Position numbers and translations under genes: made by a program
The notes under the pieces: generated by a model
Seen by the model: only the letters and a program-made list of their open reading frames with translations
Database searches by the model: none
What the model was told of the DNA's origin: nothing
In this document: positions 56,814 to 64,000 of the stretch, one piece after another
Position numbering within the stretch: position 1 is the stretch's first letter
How the letters are laid out: the number at the start of each line of letters is the position of its first letter
Assembly: GCF_006345805.1 (NCBI RefSeq)
Contig: NC_042998.1
Location: forward strand, 44,516,001-44,580,000
DNA: 64,000 bases
Direction of reading: 5' to 3'
From: Octopus sinensis
Taxonomy: Eukaryota

Positions 56814-57037
56814 ATTTATTATATAGAAGGAGCTTCTACAGGACTAGTACTGTTTCATTCAGAGAAAATCTTCAGGAAGCTATTTAACAAGAATTGTATT
56901 AGCATTTATACATTTAGGCAGGTTTAAAGGAGTGGTGGTGGGGGACTTTTTTGGGGGTAGGCAGAGCGCAAAATATCATACTTGGGGGAGTGGTCAAGGA
57001 GTCAGTGGTAAGTTAGATGAAAGAATAGATAAATAAA
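56814..57037 (-). mobile_element. Left (inverted) 224-bp arm of a hammerhead-bearing inverted repeat
   Basis: Near-perfect reverse complement of 59591-59814. Confidence 0.93.
56831..56881 (-). ncRNA. Type I hammerhead motif, complete core, weak helix II
   Basis: AGCTTC-CTGAAGA-TTTTCTCTGAAT-GAAACAG-TACTAGTC-CT-GTA-GAAGCT. Confidence 0.65.
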
Positions 57038-57039
57038 TA

Positions 57040-59590
<2,551 letters not shown>

Positions 59591-59884
59591 TTTATTTATC
59601 TATTCTTTCATCTAACTTACCACTGACTCCTTGACCACTCCCCCAAGTATGATATTTTGCGCTCTGCCTACCCCCAAAAAAGTCCCCCACCACCACTCCT
59701 TTAAACCTGCCTAAATGTATAAATGCTAATACAATTCTTGTTAAATAGCTTCCTGAAGATTTCTCTTGAATGAAACAGTACTAGTCCTGTAGAAGCTCCT
59801 TCTATATAATAAATTAATTTTACTCTGCTATGTATTGAGTACCTTACTTACTGTGGTTAACCCCGGATCAACCCGGGACCTACA
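59591..59884 (+). mobile_element. Right (direct) arm plus ~70-bp tail of the hammerhead-bearing inverted repeat
   Basis: Arm 59591-59814; tail to GGGACCTAC then (TA)n. Confidence 0.9.
59747..59797 (+). ncRNA. Type I hammerhead motif, complete core, weak helix II
   Basis: AGCTTC-CTGAAGA-TTTCTCTTGAAT-GAAACAG-TACTAGTC-CT-GTA-GAAGCT; 6-bp helix I, 4-bp helix III, GUA site. Confidence 0.65.
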
Positions 59885-59902
59885 TATATATATAATATAT
59901 AT

Positions 59903-59950
<48 letters not shown>

Positions 59951-60411
59951 ACATATACATATATATACAAAGAGAGAGAGAGAGAGAGAGATACGTACAT
60001 ATATATATATATATATTATATATATATATATAATATATATAATATATATATATATATATCCATATGCAAATATACAAATGAGCGAATGGATAAACATGCA
60101 TATTTATATATACGTGTGTATTGTGTGTATATATATATATATATATATACTTCATACAGTCATCAAACATTTACACTGATATCACTATTTATCCCAGAGA
60201 AATTCATTGCCGTTTCTGTGGGCAATTGAACATTTTTCCCAAATTTTACCTTGTAACCCTTTTATTTATTTACTTTGACCATTTATAAGCAAAAAGTTGT
60301 CGAAATCGCTTTGGTATTTGAATAAATCTATTACGAAATTTAAAAACATACAGTCGTTTTGAGATTCAGGTGTATTTTTGAACCACCAAACAAATTATCA
60401 TGTTTTCCTCG

Positions 60412-60855
60412 GCGGCTGGATGGTAAGAAGCCAGCCTCTCAACCACATGGTTCCGTATTCATTCCCACTGCGTGGCATCTTGGGCAAGTGTCTTCTACTA
60501 TAGCCTCGGGCCGATCAAATCCTTGTCAGTGGATTTTGTTGACAGAAACTGAAAGAAGCCCACCGTATATATGTATATATAAATGTGTGTGTGTGTCTGT
60601 GTCTGTGTGTGTCTGTGTGTGTCTGTGTGTCTGTGTCTGTGTCTGTGTGCGTGTGTGTAACTGTATATCTGTGTATCTGCGTTTGTCACCCTGATGATGG
60701 TGTCTATACTTTCCCGTAAATTAGCGTTCGGCAAAAGTGTCCGATACGATAAGTACTAGGCTTACAAAAAATAAGCCTTGAGGTCAATTTCTTCGAATAA
60801 AGGTGGTGCTACAGCATGGCCACAACCAAATTATTCAAACAAATAAGAGAAAAGA
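60412..60855 (+). mobile_element. SINE family A, diverged
   Basis: CAACCACATGGTTCC..CCCACTGCGTGGCATCTTGGGCAAGTGTCTTCTACTATAGCCTCGGGCCG...GCATGGCCAC. Confidence 0.88.
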
Positions 60856-60880
60856 ATGTATATATATATATATATTCATT

Positions 60881-61006
60881 TATTCTTTTACTTGTTTCAG
60901 TCGTTTGACTGCGGCCATGCTAGTTATTCCCTCGTTCTCTTTTGACGATGTGCTACATTACAGGAACGTAAAATCATCAAAATAGGGTGTCAAGTGCTGA
61001 GGGAGG

Positions 61007-61078
<72 letters not shown>

Positions 61079-61222
61079 ATGGGCTTCTTTCAGTTTCTGT
61101 CTACCAAATCCACTCAAAAGGCTTTGGTCGGACTGAGGCTACAGTAGAAGACACTTGCGGAAGGTTTCACACACTCGGACCTTACCCGGAACCGTATCGT
61201 TGGTAAGTAACCTTCTTACCAG

Positions 61223-61223
<1 letters not shown>
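60881..61223 (-). mobile_element. SINE family A, internally deleted, tail-to-tail with 60412-60855
   Basis: TTCTTTTACTTGTTTCAGTCGTTTGACTGCGGCCATGC...GGGCTTCTTTCAGTTTC..GTAGAAGACACTTGC. Confidence 0.85.
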
Positions 61224-61257
<34 letters not shown>

Positions 61258-61317
61258 AAACATTATTGGTGAATTGAAGAAATGGAGCTGAACGCAGATT
61301 GAACAGAAATCGTTTTA

Positions 61318-61407
61318 TTTCATTCTACACGTGTTTCGAAAGGCACAAATTACCAAAATCCGATTGAATAATGGGACCATATTGTGTCTTTCTCTTCAGG
61401 AAGAAAA
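61318..61407 (-). ncRNA. Type I hammerhead ribozyme, complete core, long helix II
   Basis: TTTTCTTC-CTGAAGA-GAAAGACACAA-(33 nt)-TTGTGCCTTTC-GAAAC-ACGT-GTA-GAATGAAA; G10.1-C11.1 pair present, palindromic ACACGTGT helix III; lies in a ~240-bp island (61259-61497) between (TA)n tracts. Confidence 0.8.
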
Positions 61408-61547
61408 AAGGAAATCCGTTGGAAAAACAAAAACAGAACAGAGGCAGAGCAAAAACAAATCGAACTGTGCTCCTAAGAGCCCATGGCGAAACTCTTATAT
61501 ATTATATATATATATATATATACATACATATGTGTTGTGTGTGTGTG

Positions 61548-61591
<44 letters not shown>

Positions 61592-61972
61592 ATAACGTTA
61601 CTGAAATACATTGATACTCAATATTTGATTGTTTTCATGTGTTACTGTACGTAAAACAAATGGTTATCTCTCTCCCCCTGTCTATATAACACGTGCGCGC
61701 GTACACACATGCGAATGAAATCTGGCAACGAAATTCAGCATTTTTTTAACAATAATGCTTAATATGTGTATGTATATATATGTCTGTCCTTGTTTGTCCC
61801 TTCTATGTTTAGCCCCTTGTGGGTAGTAAAGAAATATATATATATATATATATATGAAAATAGTAATGCAATACGAGAGTACATACGTAGTGAAGCTATA
61901 CATTAGCGTCGTATTATTACGTTCGCTATTTTCCAGTAAATATCGGTGCTTCGTTGTGCCATTTATTTACTT

Positions 61973-62036
<64 letters not shown>

Positions 62037-62095
62037 GTATATATATGTATATATATGTATATATGTATATATATGTATATATATGTATATATATA

Positions 62096-62169
<74 letters not shown>

Positions 62170-62569
62170 TCGTGAGAATTTTCTCATTACATGGAATTAA
62201 TTAGCATGAAAACGTAAATTATCAACAATAACATGTATAGCAATGATTTCTATGATTAGGAATTGGCGACTGGAATTGGAAATTGGTTTATTTCCCTAAA
62301 ACGTCTTCTTACAAGTCAATTAAAGATGTTTTCCATGGTTTATCTTTCGCTTTCTAATTTTATTTCCTTCCACTTCATGTTTGATTATCTACTCGCATGT
62401 GTCAAGCTGATCCTACCTGAGAATTATGGTAAGGATACACTAGCCTGCGGGATTTATTCAATAATTAAATAATTACAATTTAATTCAAGTGCAGGTAACT
62501 CAGATGATCTAACAACTGAATTTTGTCTTCGTCGAACGACGGAGAACCATGCATACATACATACATATC

Positions 62570-63775
62570 TTATCAATCTGTACTAGCAAGATTTCATTGG
62601 GAACAGTAGCATACCAGACTGGTTAGCTACGTCAGAGACAAAATTGATCTCAAAATGCAGAACCATCCAATTGCATGACAGAACTTAATGTATTAGATAC
62701 ATACAGCACGTTTTAACCCTTTCCTCCAGGACCATTGTGAAACCAATAACACTAAAGGAGTCTGGGGACGTCCCAAGCAATCCTTAATCAACAAAACTGT
62801 GCGAGAGCATAGGAGGAACCTAATTTCAATGTGGCTAGACTATAAGAAAACATTTGACTCTGTTCCCCACTTATTGATGCCAGAAGCCCTTCAACTTGCA
62901 AAAATTCGAGCGAGAATAGTCAAATCCATAGCTGACCTATTTCACTATTTCATCGTGGGCCACTATCTTGAAATTAAACACAACGAGTGACTGTATTATC
63001 ACTGATAGAATACAATATCGCAAAGGCACATTCCAAGGAGACAAATTTTTTTGATATTATTTATACTTTCTGCAAATCCCTTGTCATTCATGTTAAGGAA
63101 GTCTGAAGGATATCTCACTGGTTTTCAAGGAAACAGAAATACCACAATTACACACTGTTTCTTTGAGAATGACTTAAAACTTTATGCAAAGAATATGATT
63201 GAGATGAAAAATAGCCTTGACCTAGTTAAGACATTCTTAAGGGATGTAGGGTTGATGTTTGGTCAGGATAAATATTGTTATATGGTTATGAAAAGGAGGA
63301 AACTATAAAGCAGACTAGTAACATCTCCATCAATGATTTAACTGCTTTCTCTGTATCTAACGAGGAATGTTACAGGTGGCTAGGGGTGGATGAAGATATA
63401 TCTTACAATGACACTTGTAACAAAACACATGTCACTAAAAAATATTACAGCCAAATTAAGGAAATTTGGACCTCAGAACTCTATGCATTCAATAAAATAG
63501 TGGCCCATAATGTGTTTGCAGTGCCAGTACTCATACCAACATTTGGGCGGCTTCATTGGACGCTTGATGAGATTTGACCCATTGATGTGAAAACCCGAAA
63601 AACACTAACAAACACACATAATTTCCACATAAACAGTGATGTAGACTGCCTCTACCTAAAACGAAAACAAAGCGGCAGAGGCTTAACATCGATCCAAAAT
63701 GACTTTGAATGTCGCCTCATATCCCTTCGACAACATCTTTTAAAACCAAGTGTCAAAGATCCTTCCCTTGACTAA
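62570..63775 (+). mobile_element. Degraded R4-like RT fragment
   Basis: IPDWLA, KGVWG..QSLINK, MWLDYKKTFDSVPH, GTFQGD, FFENDLKLYAK, GLMFGQDK, NKIVAHNVFAVPVLIPTFG, NFHINSDVDCLYLKRKQSGRGL; preceded by (CATA)n at 62549-62566. Confidence 0.88.
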
Positions 63776-63796
63776 GTTTGCGTACAAAACCCATCA

Positions 63797-63865
63797 AGGC
63801 GGCGCTCCAGCATGGCCACAGTCGAATGACTGAAACAAGGAAAAGAATAGAATAATAAAAGAATA

Positions 63866-63897
<32 letters not shown>

Positions 63898-64000
63898 GTG
63901 GCGATTAATATGTGATTCTAGCTACAGCGAGCCGACAGAATCCTTAGCACGCCGGGAAAATGCTTTCGTCCATCTTAACGTTCTGAATTTAAATTCTGTC
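63797..64000 (+). mobile_element. SINE family A 3' fragment (63797-63855) and SINE family B head (63925-64000, cut by the window edge)
   Basis: GGCGCTCCAGCATGGCCACAGTC..TGACTGAAACAAG; GCGAGCCGACAGAATCCTTAGCACGCCGGG. Confidence 0.8.

Overview
AT-rich, microsatellite-saturated animal genomic DNA, most likely intergenic or intronic sequence of a coleoid cephalopod (Octopus-like). That assignment is an inference from the SINE families and simple-repeat load, not from a database hit. No host protein-coding gene could be supported, and almost every ORF in the track is a (TA)n/(CA)n/(TAA)n reading artefact. Real coding sequence is limited to transposon relics: one near-intact 5'-truncated R4/Dong-clade retrotransposon (RT + CCHC + restriction-like endonuclease, one premature stop, 24170-27043 minus), about seven other R4/Dong fragments, two mariner copies and probable Penelope-like (PLE) remnants. 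The window also holds many tRNA-derived SINEs, a hAT-Charlie-type MITE with an 8-bp TSD, a probable non-autonomous Helitron and a TA-flanked foldback MITE. The most interesting signal is non-coding. At least ten type I hammerhead-ribozyme motifs are present, five with a complete catalytic core (49612-49693 -, 49716-49797 +, 56831-56881 -, 59747-59797 +, 61318-61407 -). They sit in at least three unrelated short elements embedded in (TA)n, and two families share a divergent 'inverted arm + direct arm + tail' architecture. R4/Dong copies are anchored in (TAA)n and nest in each other's tails; a separate R4-like lineage appears tied to (CATA)n.
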